42,944 bases of DNA from Candidatus Micrarchaeia archaeon (lineage in GTDB: Archaea > Micrarchaeota > Micrarchaeia > Anstonellales > J096). The stretch's first letter is position 1. Every line of letters starts with the position of its first letter. The position numbers and the translations under genes are program-made. The DNA lies in NCBI GenBank assembly GCA_041500405.1, contig JBGQMB010000003.1, forward strand, positions 1-42,944. The letters are read 5' to 3'. Positions 1-9,526 of this stretch are shown piece after piece. The notes below the pieces were generated by a model. It did not search any database, was not told where the DNA came from, and saw only the letters and a program-made list of their open reading frames with translations.

Positions 1-2
1 GG

Positions 3-623
3 TTTGCCATAGCCGCAACAATAATCATGGAATACCTTGGCGCAGGCATATCATATTCGGAAATCGCCGGTTATTTCATAGGCATCGTGATTGCGGCAAG
101 GAAGCTCCTGTTCCCGATGGAAAGGAACAACATGTATGGCATGGTTGTTTCCGCTGTCATCGGAGCGCTGTTCGGCATAATGCTGGGGCTTGAAGCCATT
201 CTGCTTTTCGGCGCGCTCATGGTCGCATATGATTTCATAGCCGTTTTCCTGACAAAGCACATGATGGAGATAGCCAAGGCTGTAATAACGAACAACGTGT
301 CCATGGTGGTGACCGTGGCAAGGCCCGGGGCGGAGGCTGATTTCAGGGAGAACAAGGACATTGAAAAGTCAAAAAGGCTGGACCTTGGGACAGGGGACCT
401 GTTCATGGCTTCCGCGATGGTCGTTTGCGCCATGAAATACGGCAACATGGTGTGGTTCGCGCTCCTGTTCTCGTTCATCGGCTTCCTTGCGACGATGGAG
501 GCGCTGAGGATTTTGAGAAGGCCCATACCGGCGCTTCCGACGATAGTCGGCTCCATAACGGTCGGGATTGCGCTGTATGTTGGCATAGGCATGCTGGGCG
601 GCGTTCCTGCGCCGCTGTTTTAG
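3..623 (+). CDS. Presenilin-family intramembrane aspartyl protease (PSH), probably 5'-truncated by the window edge
   Basis: YD (AYDFIAV), GxGD (LGTGDL) and PAL (IPALP) motifs in a multi-TM protein; the frame is open upstream of ATG 27 to the window start. Confidence 0.85.
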   Translation, partial: FAIAATIIMEYLGAGISYSEIAGYFIGIVIAARKLLFPMERNNMYGMVVSAVIGALFGIMLGLEAILLFGALMVAYDFIAVFLTKHMMEIAKAVITNNVSMVVTVARPGAEADFRENKDIEKSKRLDLGTGDLFMASAMVVCAMKYGNMVWFALLFSFIGFLATMEALRILRRPIPALPTIVGSITVGIALYVGIGMLGGVPAPLF

Positions 624-699
624 CCGGAAAGGCAGCCAACCCGTTATTTTAAAACCTTTACGCTAAAAGAGACATACTCGCAACTTCAGGTGATTTAAT

Positions 700-1230
700 A
701 TGGGAATCAGGCCAGCAAGATCAATAAGGGATGCCGACAAGGTCGCATGGACAAGGTTCAGCAGGAGAAAGCCGAGGAAAAGCTTCGTGAAGTCCATGCC
801 GCACGCAAACCTTCACCAATTCATGATGGGCGTCAAGAAGCCGGACTATGACGTAAAGTACGAGATGTTTGCCAACGAGAAGTTTTATCACAGGGACAAC
901 GCGATAGAGGCCGCAAGGCAGTCGATGAACAAGGTTCTGGAAAAGGACCTGCTCGAGAGGTTCTTCGCAAAGGTCCGCATCTACCCGCACCACATAGTGA
1001 GGGAAAACAAGATGGTCGCCGGCGCTGGAGCAGACAGGATATCAAGCGGAATGAGGGGCGCGTTCGGAAAGCCAACCCACAGGGCGGCGCTCGTCTCAAA
1101 GGGGCAGACGCTTTTCGAGATAATCTCATACAAGCAGCATGACAAAATCATCAGAAAGGCGCTGGAAAGGGCCGCAAGGAAGCTCACTGGGACGTGGACG
1201 GTGAAGGTGGAGGAAAAAAGCGATGGATGA
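700..1230 (+). CDS. rpl10e: 50S ribosomal protein uL16 (L10e)
   Basis: MGIRPAR start, RIYPHHIVRENKMVAGAGADRISSGMRGAFGKP signature; AGGTGA RBS just upstream. Confidence 0.96.
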   Translation: MGIRPARSIRDADKVAWTRFSRRKPRKSFVKSMPHANLHQFMMGVKKPDYDVKYEMFANEKFYHRDNAIEAARQSMNKVLEKDLLERFFAKVRIYPHHIVRENKMVAGAGADRISSGMRGAFGKPTHRAALVSKGQTLFEIISYKQHDKIIRKALERAARKLTGTWTVKVEEKSDG

Positions 1231-2557
1231 TGTCGTAATAAACACCGAAATAGACAAACTGATAGACATACTGAGCCAGAAAAAGAGGGTCGAGCTGGAC
1301 GAGCTTTCGAAGCAGCTTGGCATAGACAAGAAGAAAGTCAAGAAATGGCTCCTTGTGCTTGAGGATGAGGGATACATCAAGCTAGAATACAAGCTCACCA
1401 GGATTTTCGCGGTGTGGTCCCTTGACCTGGGAAGCAGCGCGCTCGGCCTCCAGCATGTCAGCGAGGAGGATGTGAAGGAGGGCGCTGGCCAGGCCATAGC
1501 AGAGGTGGAGATTCCAGAGGAGAAGAAGGCGCACCATGAAAGGAAAAAGGCATATGAGCCCTCCTGGAAGGCGCCGGCGGAGGCCGCGGCAAGGACAGAC
1601 GCCTCGCTCAGGAAGATACAGGAAAGGATGGCAGAGTGCGCTGACGAGGCAAAGACCGTCCAAAACTCAATTAAAGAGCTGAAATCAAAGAAGGCCAGGC
1701 TTGATGCGGAACTGCCCCAGCTGGAGGCATACGGCGGGGAGAAAGCGGCCGGCATAGAGGAAAGGATGGACGCTCTCCAGAAAAGGATGAACAGTCTCAA
1801 AAAGAACCTGAGGGGCGCGGAGGAGCTGGCGTCCAACGTGAACCAGAGGAGCAAGATGGCAAAGGCGCTTGTCGACGAGGCAAGCGAGGTTTACATTAAG
1901 CTGGACGGAATATTCAAGGGACTCAAGGAAGAGGGAAAGGGAAGGAAAGACGACTTCGCGAAGGAAATAGAGGAGATGGAGGATGAAACTGCGCAAAGGC
2001 AGGCAAGGCTCTCCGCCCTTGACGATGCATGCGCGCTTATTGACAGGACAAAGGAGGATGCGGAAAGAAGGGTCGAGGCCATAAGGGAAAGGGTGAAAGA
2101 CGCCAACAAACAGCTGGAGGACGGGCTCGCGGCCGTAAGGGCCATCGAGGAAAAAAGGGATACGATGGCTGCAAGAATTATGAAAACAAGAAAGGCGATT
2201 GCCGAAAGAAGAGCGAGCATAGAGGCCCTGAAATCCGAGATAGAGGAAACAGGAAAGCTCGAGGCAAAGCTTGACACCTATATCAAAAATTACTCAGAGG
2301 AGACGGACGACATAAGGACGCTTGTCACAAGGGCCGAAACGGAAATACGGGACATTGACGAAAAGGCCAGCGCGAAGGCGATGGAAACATACAGGGAAGA
2401 GCTTGAAAGGACCGCGGACAGGATGGAAAGGAAAACAAAGGAAGTGTCCGAGGGAAAGGCGAAGATAGACTATGAAATCTCAGAGAAAAGGGCGCGCCTG
2501 AAAAAGATAGAGGCAGAGGCAAAGGAGCTTGAAAAAAGGCTCAAAAGGAAGAAATAA
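1223..2557 (+). CDS. N-terminal winged-helix plus long coiled-coil protein of unknown function
   Basis: wHTH-like ELSKQLGIDKKKVKKWLLVLEDEGYIKLEY followed by ~300 aa of E/K/R/A-rich heptads; overlaps rpl10e by 8 nt. Confidence 0.75.
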   Translation: MDDVVINTEIDKLIDILSQKKRVELDELSKQLGIDKKKVKKWLLVLEDEGYIKLEYKLTRIFAVWSLDLGSSALGLQHVSEEDVKEGAGQAIAEVEIPEEKKAHHERKKAYEPSWKAPAEAAARTDASLRKIQERMAECADEAKTVQNSIKELKSKKARLDAELPQLEAYGGEKAAGIEERMDALQKRMNSLKKNLRGAEELASNVNQRSKMAKALVDEASEVYIKLDGIFKGLKEEGKGRKDDFAKEIEEMEDETAQRQARLSALDDACALIDRTKEDAERRVEAIRERVKDANKQLEDGLAAVRAIEEKRDTMAARIMKTRKAIAERRASIEALKSEIEETGKLEAKLDTYIKNYSEETDDIRTLVTRAETEIRDIDEKASAKAMETYREELERTADRMERKTKEVSEGKAKIDYEISEKRARLKKIEAEAKELEKRLKRKK

Positions 2558-3079
2558 TTACAGTTTTCTCTGCTTGTCCTGCTCCGACGCGCTTCTTGCG
2601 TCGTCGACCAACGCAAGCCAGCTTTCCCCGATTTTTGAGAAGTAGTTTCCGAACGTCCTGCTCAATGATATCCTCATGCGCCTTCTTTTCCTTGTCGCCT
2701 TCAGGTCGCTCTCAATCTCCCTTTCAAGCTTTATCATGCCCACGCGCCTGAGCCTTGGCAGAATCCTATTGTAGAAGGTGGCCTTTGAAATGCCGTTCTC
2801 CTTGACAAAGCCGCTTATGTCCTCGGAGTTGAGCTCCAGCTTTTCAATGACTTTTGAGATGAACTTCAGCGCTATGCTGTTGTAGACCTTCTGGTATTTT
2901 GACGGAAAGATGAAGTTGACGAGCTCGGCAAGCTGCCAGACGTTCCGCGTGCCGTTCTCGCTGTCGTCCTGGAACCTCCTTATTTCCGGGCTGTTGTGCG
3001 CAGGAAGGTAGATGGACTCATTTGAAGGTATGCCCCTTGTCGGTATCGACTTTTTTGCAGGTTCTTGGCTTTCAGCCAC
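2558..3079 (-). CDS. Winged-helix DNA-binding protein (putative regulator)
   Basis: GISKATFYNRILPRLRRVGMIKLER HTH-wing pattern; 173-aa ORF. Confidence 0.7.
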   Translation of the reverse strand: MAESQEPAKKSIPTRGIPSNESIYLPAHNSPEIRRFQDDSENGTRNVWQLAELVNFIFPSKYQKVYNSIALKFISKVIEKLELNSEDISGFVKENGISKATFYNRILPRLRRVGMIKLEREIESDLKATRKRRRMRISLSRTFGNYFSKIGESWLALVDDARSASEQDKQRKL

Positions 3080-3392
3080 CGAAAATCGACCCGAAGCCGC
3101 TTATGGCATTGCTCTGCTCCTCATCTATTTTGGCTTTTACCCCATCGAACTCCTTGCCTTCCACGATGTCGGCAAGGCCCTTGAGCTTTGCGTCCGCCTT
3201 CTTGACGAATGCCTCGTCCGCGTCGATATAGATATAGTATCCGGAGGCCTTGAATCCGTAGTCCTTGGAATCCTTGAGCATGTAGCCGGCATGCGCGAAG
3301 CTGTCTTCCGCATACGGGTTTTCCTCCAGCAGCTTTTTCACATCCTTGAACTTCTCGGAAGCAGTGTAGTAAATCCTTATCATGGCTGACAA
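3072..3392 (-). CDS. Hypothetical protein with ribosomal-stalk-like C-terminal tail
   Basis: 106-aa ORF with normal composition, ends EEQSNAISGFGSIFGG; overlaps the downstream gene by 8 nt. Confidence 0.7.
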   Translation of the reverse strand: MSAMIRIYYTASEKFKDVKKLLEENPYAEDSFAHAGYMLKDSKDYGFKASGYYIYIDADEAFVKKADAKLKGLADIVEGKEFDGVKAKIDEEQSNAISGFGSIFGG

Positions 3393-3415
3393 ATGGGCTG
3401 AAAAGTTAATAAAGA

Positions 3416-4543
3416 TTAGGGTTTCGCAGTTTTGACGAAAGCGTCAACAAGGAATAGCCTGCCGACGCCGGCCCTTTTTCCGGCCTCCATGTCGACGTCC
3501 TCCCTGTCGCCGACCATGACGCACTGCGAAAGGTCAAGGCCGTACTTTTCCTTAGCCTCCATTATCATGCCGATGCCGGGCTTGCGCCTCGGGTCGTTGT
3601 CCTCATCCGCTGAAAAGCAGAAAAACACGTCGTCCAGCTCCACGCCCTTGCTCATCAGTAGCTCATTCAGCCTTTTCATGACCGCGTCGTGCTGCTCCAT
3701 TGTCACGAGCCCCTTTTTCACGCCGGCCTGGTTTGAGACAAGGATTATCATATAGCCGGCGTCCATGAACAGCTTCAGCTTTTCCGCAACAAGCTCCTTT
3801 ACCGCGACATCGTCGGGGTCGTTGATGTAATGGATATGCTCCATCAGCGTCCCGTCCCTGTCCACCAGCACGGCCTTCCTCTTGCCGTTTTCCCGCATGA
3901 CATTCCTGAAAAGCTCAAGGCGCTCGGGCCTTCCTATGTCGAACAGCCTGCCCTTGCCCCTGAAGCCGTAAAGGCCCCCCTCGGATGCGATTTTGGAAAG
4001 TATGTCCTTCTCAAGGGTGAGCTTTCCCTTGCCGAATCCCTTCAGCAAGTCCTTGGAAATTGAGCAAAGCCCTGCGTTCGCCCAGTCCTTGCCCTCGCTG
4101 GTCCTGTGGAAGCCAGTGACCTTTCCGTTTTCCATTGTCGGGATATCCTTCTCAAAGGCGTTTTCGTATGTAAGATAGAGTGAAGCCGGCCTTTGTTTTG
4201 AAAACTCCGCGAATTCCTTAAGGTCCGGAGCCATAAAATAGCTGTCGCCGTTTGCGACCCAGAACCTTTCCTCAAGGTAAGGAAGCGCGTTTATGACCGC
4301 CCCTCCGGTGCCGAGCGGCTCAGGCTCCACGACCATTTTCACGTCATTGGACTCGTATGATTTCATATGCTCTGAAAGGTATCCCGCAAGAAGCACGAAG
4401 CGCGAAAAGCCAGCGCCCCTGTATTGCTCAAGCAAAAGGTCAAGCAGGGGCCTGCCATTGATGTCCATTAATGATTTCGGCCTTGATTTCGAAAGGTCGC
4501 CGAGCCTTGTCGCAAGCCCGCCGCACAGGATGGCCATCTGCAT
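3416..4543 (-). CDS. Fused heptose-1-phosphate nucleotidyltransferase (HddC-like) / heptose-1,7-bisphosphate phosphatase (GmhB-like, HAD-IIIA)
   Basis: N-term LCGGLATRL, PKSL, EPEPLGTGG, NGDS, DIG; C-term DRDGTL, SNQAG, RKPGIGM, MVGD. Confidence 0.9.
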   Translation of the reverse strand: MQMAILCGGLATRLGDLSKSRPKSLMDINGRPLLDLLLEQYRGAGFSRFVLLAGYLSEHMKSYESNDVKMVVEPEPLGTGGAVINALPYLEERFWVANGDSYFMAPDLKEFAEFSKQRPASLYLTYENAFEKDIPTMENGKVTGFHRTSEGKDWANAGLCSISKDLLKGFGKGKLTLEKDILSKIASEGGLYGFRGKGRLFDIGRPERLELFRNVMRENGKRKAVLVDRDGTLMEHIHYINDPDDVAVKELVAEKLKLFMDAGYMIILVSNQAGVKKGLVTMEQHDAVMKRLNELLMSKGVELDDVFFCFSADEDNDPRRKPGIGMIMEAKEKYGLDLSQCVMVGDREDVDMEAGKRAGVGRLFLVDAFVKTAKP

Positions 4544-4628
4544 ATGCGGTCTTTTGGGGATTGGGTTTAAAACTTATTCGCAGCCGCCGAAGGCAGAATT
4601 TTTAAATACCGTGCTGGAATGGCATATC

Positions 4629-5672
4629 ATGGACCATGATGTCACGATAAAGGCGCGCTCGCCGTCCAGGATAGGCATAGGCGGGGGCGGAAGCGATTTG
4701 CCGAGCTTTTTCCGCGACCACGGGGGGGCGGTGCTTAACGTAGGCATAAACCTGTATTCCTACACGTCATTCAGCAGGACCAACGAGAAAAACACGAGGA
4801 TAATATCGCATGACTGGGACGTGGACAGGAAGATAGACAATCTCAAGCTTGAGTTTGAGAACAACAAAAAGGACAATGTTGACATATTGAAGGCGGTCAT
4901 GGACTATGCCAAGCTCAACCCAAAAGACGGGTACAAGCTCATAGTGCATTCCGCAGCGCCAAAGAACTCCGGACTGGCGGGCTCGTCAGGGCTTGTGGTT
5001 TCGCTGATGGCGGCAATATTCAATGCAGCAGGAAAGGCGCTTATGGACAGGGACAAGCTGGCAAGGACGGCATACCACCTTGAAAGGGAGATACTTGGCA
5101 GGGCCGGCGGATACCAGGACCAGTACGCGGCCGTTTTCGGCGGCTTCAACTTCATAGAATTCCACAAGGAAAGGATAAGGATTTTCCCTTTAAGGCTGGA
5201 ACAGGACCTGATTTCAGAGCTCCATTCGTCAATGCTCCTTTTCGAGACGCCGATGCCAAGGGTCGAGACCGCGTCAAAGGTGGAAGAAAGGAAGGATGAT
5301 GACATCAGGAAAGGCGGAAAAAGCGTGGAATACCTGAAAAAGATAAGGGATTATGCATATGACATGAAGGACGCGCTGATTAACGGGGACGTTAAGACAA
5401 TGGGCGAGCTTCTTCACGAAAGCTGGATTGAGAAGAAAAACCTGCCAGGCGTAACCAGCCCGGAGATAGACAGGCTTTACCAAACAGGGATGGATGCCGG
5501 CGCATACGGAGGAAAGCTCTGCGGCGCTGGCGGCGGAGGGTTCCTTTTCTTCATGAGCGACATCGCGGAAAGGAAGAACATAATAAACGCGATGGCAAAG
5601 GAGGGCGCAAGGCCCGTCAATTTCGACTTTGACTTCAACGGAATGGTCACTTGGAGAACCGAGGGGGGATAA
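4629..5672 (+). CDS. hddA: D-glycero-alpha-D-manno-heptose-7-phosphate kinase (GHMP family)
   Basis: RIGIGGGGSD, SGLAGSS, GGYQDQYAAVFGGFN, GGKLCGAGGGGF; start placed at ATG 4629. Confidence 0.9.
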   Translation: MDHDVTIKARSPSRIGIGGGGSDLPSFFRDHGGAVLNVGINLYSYTSFSRTNEKNTRIISHDWDVDRKIDNLKLEFENNKKDNVDILKAVMDYAKLNPKDGYKLIVHSAAPKNSGLAGSSGLVVSLMAAIFNAAGKALMDRDKLARTAYHLEREILGRAGGYQDQYAAVFGGFNFIEFHKERIRIFPLRLEQDLISELHSSMLLFETPMPRVETASKVEERKDDDIRKGGKSVEYLKKIRDYAYDMKDALINGDVKTMGELLHESWIEKKNLPGVTSPEIDRLYQTGMDAGAYGGKLCGAGGGGFLFFMSDIAERKNIINAMAKEGARPVNFDFDFNGMVTWRTEGG

Positions 5673-5674
5673 AA

Positions 5675-5854
5675 ATGACTAAACCCAATATGCGTAATAA
5701 ATATAACCATCTTGTCAGACAGATTGGAAGAATTAACGCAATAATTAATTATACAAAAAGATATAAATTTGATCCAAACGCACAAGCTGATGTGGTTTAC
5801 TTAAAGATGGTGAAAAAAAACTTAGAAAAGGAGCTTAAAAAAATTGAAAAATGA
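5675..5854 (+). CDS. Small basic AT-rich hypothetical protein (59 aa)
   Basis: ATG 2 nt after the hddA stop, preceded by GAGGGGG; fills the AT-rich gap between hddA and gmhA. Confidence 0.45.
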   Translation: MTKPNMRNKYNHLVRQIGRINAIINYTKRYKFDPNAQADVVYLKMVKKNLEKELKKIEK

Positions 5855-5862
5855 CATTAGGT

Positions 5863-6423
5863 TTAGGCCTTTTCCATTTCCTCTTCTATAATTTGGCACA
5901 GGCTGTGTATGATGAATATGTGGCACTCCTGAATTCTCGGCGTCTCGTCGAGATTAACCTTCATGATTATGTCGGCAAATGCCTCTGCGGAGCCCTTTTT
6001 CGCTCCCTCAAGAAGAACGGCCGTTATGCCCATGTCCTTGCACTTCTTGAACGCCTCGACTATGTTCTTCGAGCTCCCGCTTGTCGTTATGCCAAGGAAA
6101 ACGTCGCCTTTCCTTCCCAGCGCCTCAATCTGCCTGGCGAATGCGGTATCATAGCCTTTGTCGTTGGACCAGGCGGTCAGCACGCTGGCGTTTGTGTTGA
6201 GCGCGATGGCAGGGTAGCCCTTCCTTTCCTTCAGGAACTTGCAGACCAGTTCGGCGGCCATATGCTGCGCGTCGGCAGCCGAACCGCCGTTGCCTGCCAC
6301 AAGCAGCTTGTTTCCGGATTTCATGGCCTGAGCCATCATCTTTCCCACGCTGGATATCTGCCCGCAATCTAGCCCCGAAAGGCCTTGGATGGTCTTCTTG
6401 GCGTTCTCGGATATGACGTCCAT
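5863..6423 (-). CDS. gmhA: D-sedoheptulose-7-phosphate isomerase
   Basis: GNGGSAADAQHMAAEL, SNDKGY, FARQIEALG, TTSGSS, RIQECH. Confidence 0.95.
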   Translation of the reverse strand: MDVISENAKKTIQGLSGLDCGQISSVGKMMAQAMKSGNKLLVAGNGGSAADAQHMAAELVCKFLKERKGYPAIALNTNASVLTAWSNDKGYDTAFARQIEALGRKGDVFLGITTSGSSKNIVEAFKKCKDMGITAVLLEGAKKGSAEAFADIIMKVNLDETPRIQECHIFIIHSLCQIIEEEMEKA

Positions 6424-6497
6424 AAGGATTATCCTTTTATTGGTTAAAACAACACTTTAAAAAAGATTGCAGGGATAGGGGAGTAGGGTTTTTGCAG

Positions 6498-7487
6498 ATG
6501 GATTTCGACGAAGCCACAGAGAGGAAGCTGAAGGACGTTTCAAAGAAGGGCAGTGTGCTTGTCACAGGCGGGGCAGGATACCTTGGCTCTGTGCTGTGCG
6601 AAATGCTTGTTGAAAGGGGCTTCCGCGTAACGGTAATCGACAACCTTAACTATGCGCAAAACACCCTGTTCAACCTTTTCCACACCGGCAACCTGAAGTT
6701 CATATATGGAGATGTCACAAATGAGGCTTTCATGCAGAAAATCCTCAAGGAGGAGGACTATGAGTTCATAATCCCCCTGGCCGCAGTCGTGGGATTTCCG
6801 GTTTCGGAGCAGAAGCCAGAGATAACGTGGATGGTAAACCACGGCTCCATAAAGACGATTTTGAAACACAGGAAAAAGGGCTCAAAGATAATATTCCCGA
6901 CAACGAACAGCGGGTACGGGGTGACCGACGGAAAGAGCGCGTGCACGGAGGAAAGCCCGCTCAACCCCATTTCAACGTACGGAAAGAGCAAGGCGGCTGC
7001 GGAGCAGGACATAATGAAATCCAATGATTATGTCTGCTTCAGGCTGGCGACGCTTTTCGGGTTCTCGCCAAGGATGAGGACGGACCTGTTGGTCAACGAT
7101 TTTGTTTACAGGGCGTTCAAGGACAAAACGCTCGTGCTTTTTGAAAAAGAGTTCAAGCGGAACTTCGTGCACATAAGGGATGCCGGCAGGGCGTTCCTCT
7201 GGGCCATGGCAAACTGGGATGCCATGAAAAACAGGGTGTACAACCTCGGGCATCCGGACTATAACATAACAAAGGAGGACCTTGCGAACATGATAAAGAA
7301 AACAGTGCCCGGGCTGAATGTGTTCTTTGCCAAGATAGGGAGCGACCCGGACAAGAGGAACTACGTGGTTTCGAACGACAGGATTCTGAAAACCGGGTTT
7401 GCGTTCAAATACCCCCTGGAAAAGGGCATCGAAGAGCTTGTGAAAGGATACGAGGCACTTAGGGACTACAGGTTCAAGAACTATTGA
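6498..7487 (+). CDS. NAD-dependent nucleotide-sugar epimerase/dehydratase (extended SDR)
   Basis: VTGGAGYLG, YGKSK (YxxxK), RLATLFGFSPRMRTDLLVN. Confidence 0.88.
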   Translation: MDFDEATERKLKDVSKKGSVLVTGGAGYLGSVLCEMLVERGFRVTVIDNLNYAQNTLFNLFHTGNLKFIYGDVTNEAFMQKILKEEDYEFIIPLAAVVGFPVSEQKPEITWMVNHGSIKTILKHRKKGSKIIFPTTNSGYGVTDGKSACTEESPLNPISTYGKSKAAAEQDIMKSNDYVCFRLATLFGFSPRMRTDLLVNDFVYRAFKDKTLVLFEKEFKRNFVHIRDAGRAFLWAMANWDAMKNRVYNLGHPDYNITKEDLANMIKKTVPGLNVFFAKIGSDPDKRNYVVSNDRILKTGFAFKYPLEKGIEELVKGYEALRDYRFKNY

Positions 7488-7496
7488 GATGATTAT

Positions 7497-8321
7497 ATGG
7501 AAGACCTTCATGGAAGCAAAGTGGAAAACCTCAAGATAGGCATAATCGGCTACAAGGGGTTCCTTGGGTCCGCGATATACTCGTATTTCTGGACAAAATA
7601 CCCCTACGGCGTGATGGGAATATCAAAGGACAACTATGCGGAAACGCCGAAGGAGTTTGACGTGCTGATAAACGCGAACGGCAGCCCGCTGAAGAGGCTT
7701 GCCGACACTGACCCAAAGGCGGATTTTGAGATGAACGTGAGGTCCGTGATGGAAACGCTTTCTGATTTCAAGTTCCGCAAATACGTCTACATATCCAGCG
7801 TAGAGGTTTACGGGGACCACGAGGACCAGGACCGGAACGCCGAGGATGTGGAGATAGACGAGAAATTCATTTCCAATTACGGCTTTAACAAGCACATTGC
7901 GGAAAAGCTAGTAAAAAGGTATGCAAAAAGCAACCTGATATTCAGGCTCGGCAGGATGGTGGGGCCGGGGCTGAAAAAGAACATTGTCTATGACATCGTG
8001 CATACGGGAAAGACGTTCGTTTCCCCGCTTTCAAAATACCAATTCATAGACACGCCGTCCGTAGCAAGGATAATGGACGACGTGCTCGGGCAGGGAATTG
8101 ACAACGAGACATTCAACATCTGCGGGGACGGCATAGTGAGCGGCGAGGAAATCGCTGACATTGCCGGAAAGCAGCTTGAGATGGCGCTTTACGAGCAGCC
8201 CAGGGAAACGTTCAACATCAACATATCAAAGGTGTGCAGGTTCGTCACTGTCCCGCAAAGCAGGGATTCCATAAGGAAATACGCGAACTTCACCAAGAGC
8301 GGAACCTGGGGTGAAGGTTGA
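7497..8321 (+). CDS. NAD-dependent epimerase/reductase (SDR)
   Basis: GYKGFLG, ISSVEVYG, YGFNK. Confidence 0.82.
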   Translation: MEDLHGSKVENLKIGIIGYKGFLGSAIYSYFWTKYPYGVMGISKDNYAETPKEFDVLINANGSPLKRLADTDPKADFEMNVRSVMETLSDFKFRKYVYISSVEVYGDHEDQDRNAEDVEIDEKFISNYGFNKHIAEKLVKRYAKSNLIFRLGRMVGPGLKKNIVYDIVHTGKTFVSPLSKYQFIDTPSVARIMDDVLGQGIDNETFNICGDGIVSGEEIADIAGKQLEMALYEQPRETFNINISKVCRFVTVPQSRDSIRKYANFTKSGTWGEG

Positions 8322-9526
8322 TGGAGTGCAGGGTATGCTCCTCGCATAACCTAGTGCCTGTCATCGACCTTGGAAACCAGCCTTGGGGCAACGACTTTTT
8401 GACAAAGGAGCAAGTCGGAAAGGAGAATTTCTACCCGCTCCGGGTGGTTGTGTGCAAAGACTGCAGGACCGCGCAGCTTGACCACACCGTGAAAAAGGAG
8501 GTCATGTTTTCCGACCACACATACCTCTCCGGCATGACCAAGACGCTTGACGAGCATTTCAGGAGGCTCGCGGAAGAGGTGGACAGCAGGTTCTTCCGCA
8601 CAAAGCAGGGAAAGGCTGTCCTGGACATCGGGTCCAACGACGGAACACAGCTCAAGCACTACAAGGCGCTGGGCTATGATGAGCTTGGCGTGGAATCCTC
8701 GAAAAGGGTGGCTAAAATAGCGAACGACGCAGGCATAAACACGATGCACGCGTTCTTCAACCTGGACACCGAAAGGAAGGTGGGGAAGAAATTCGATGTC
8801 ATAAATGCGTCCGGCATATTCTTCCACCTTGAGGAGCTGCATTCAGTCTGCGACGCGATAAAGGAATGCCTGAAGGAGGATGGCGTTTTTGTTGTCCAGT
8901 TCATATACATGAAAAGGATGATGGAAAACCTTGCGTTCGACCAGATATACCACGAGCATCTGCTGTATTATACGCTGGAAACGATAGAGAAGCTGCTCAA
9001 CAGGCACGGGCTTTCCATGTTTGACGCATACGTTTCTCCGATACACGGGGGCTCTGTCATGGGCTTTGTCTCGCATACCGGAAAAAGGCCGAAATCCGAA
9101 AGGCTTCTGGAGCTTGTAAAAAAGGAGCGCGAGGCCAAGACCAACGAGATAGAAACATATATGGAATTCGCGAAAAGGATAAATGAGGCAAAGCGCAGGA
9201 ACATCGAGTACGTGGAAAAGGCGAAGAAGGCCGGAAAGACCATTTACGGCATGGGCGCCCCCGTGAAGGGCAACACGCTTCTCAATTATTTCGGCATCGG
9301 CACGAAGTACATCGACTATCTGGTGGAGATAAACCCGATGCGCGAAGGGCTGTACTCGCCTGGCATGCACATACCTATAGTGCTGGAAAAGAAGCTTGCA
9401 AAACAGCCTGACATTTATTACGTTTTGGCATGGAACTTCAAGAAGGAGATACTCGCAAAAAACAAGGAACTGATAAAAAAAGGCGTGGAATTTTATTTCC
9501 CGGTGAACCCCAAGGAGGAGGGCTGA
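8318..9526 (+). CDS. NDP-sugar C-methyltransferase (Zn-binding N-terminus, class I SAM, C-methyltransferase C-terminal domain)
   Basis: CRVC...CKDC, LDIGSNDG, FDQIYHEH, IHGGS, GAPVKGNTLLNY, LAWNF. Confidence 0.92.
   Translation: MMECRVCSSHNLVPVIDLGNQPWGNDFLTKEQVGKENFYPLRVVVCKDCRTAQLDHTVKKEVMFSDHTYLSGMTKTLDEHFRRLAEEVDSRFFRTKQGKAVLDIGSNDGTQLKHYKALGYDELGVESSKRVAKIANDAGINTMHAFFNLDTERKVGKKFDVINASGIFFHLEELHSVCDAIKECLKEDGVFVVQFIYMKRMMENLAFDQIYHEHLLYYTLETIEKLLNRHGLSMFDAYVSPIHGGSVMGFVSHTGKRPKSERLLELVKKEREAKTNEIETYMEFAKRINEAKRRNIEYVEKAKKAGKTIYGMGAPVKGNTLLNYFGIGTKYIDYLVEINPMREGLYSPGMHIPIVLEKKLAKQPDIYYVLAWNFKKEILAKNKELIKKGVEFYFPVNPKEEG

Noticed and set aside
3072-3090. C-terminal GG of the 106-aa protein as a ubiquitin-like (SAMP) signal
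   Set aside because: The preceding sequence is helical and acidic, not the beta-grasp ending (e.g. PPVSGG) of SAMPs
4293-4628. N-terminal extensions in the ORF track (hddA; likewise tadC, dtdA, psmB, NFACT, GT2 and the 33909 gene)
   Set aside because: They overlap neighbouring genes or promoters; family similarity starts at the downstream start codons used here
5822-5836. TTAGAAAAGGAGCTT resembling the tRNA-adjacent element
   Set aside because: Short match inside an A-rich coding stretch, lacking the hairpin arm and the second half
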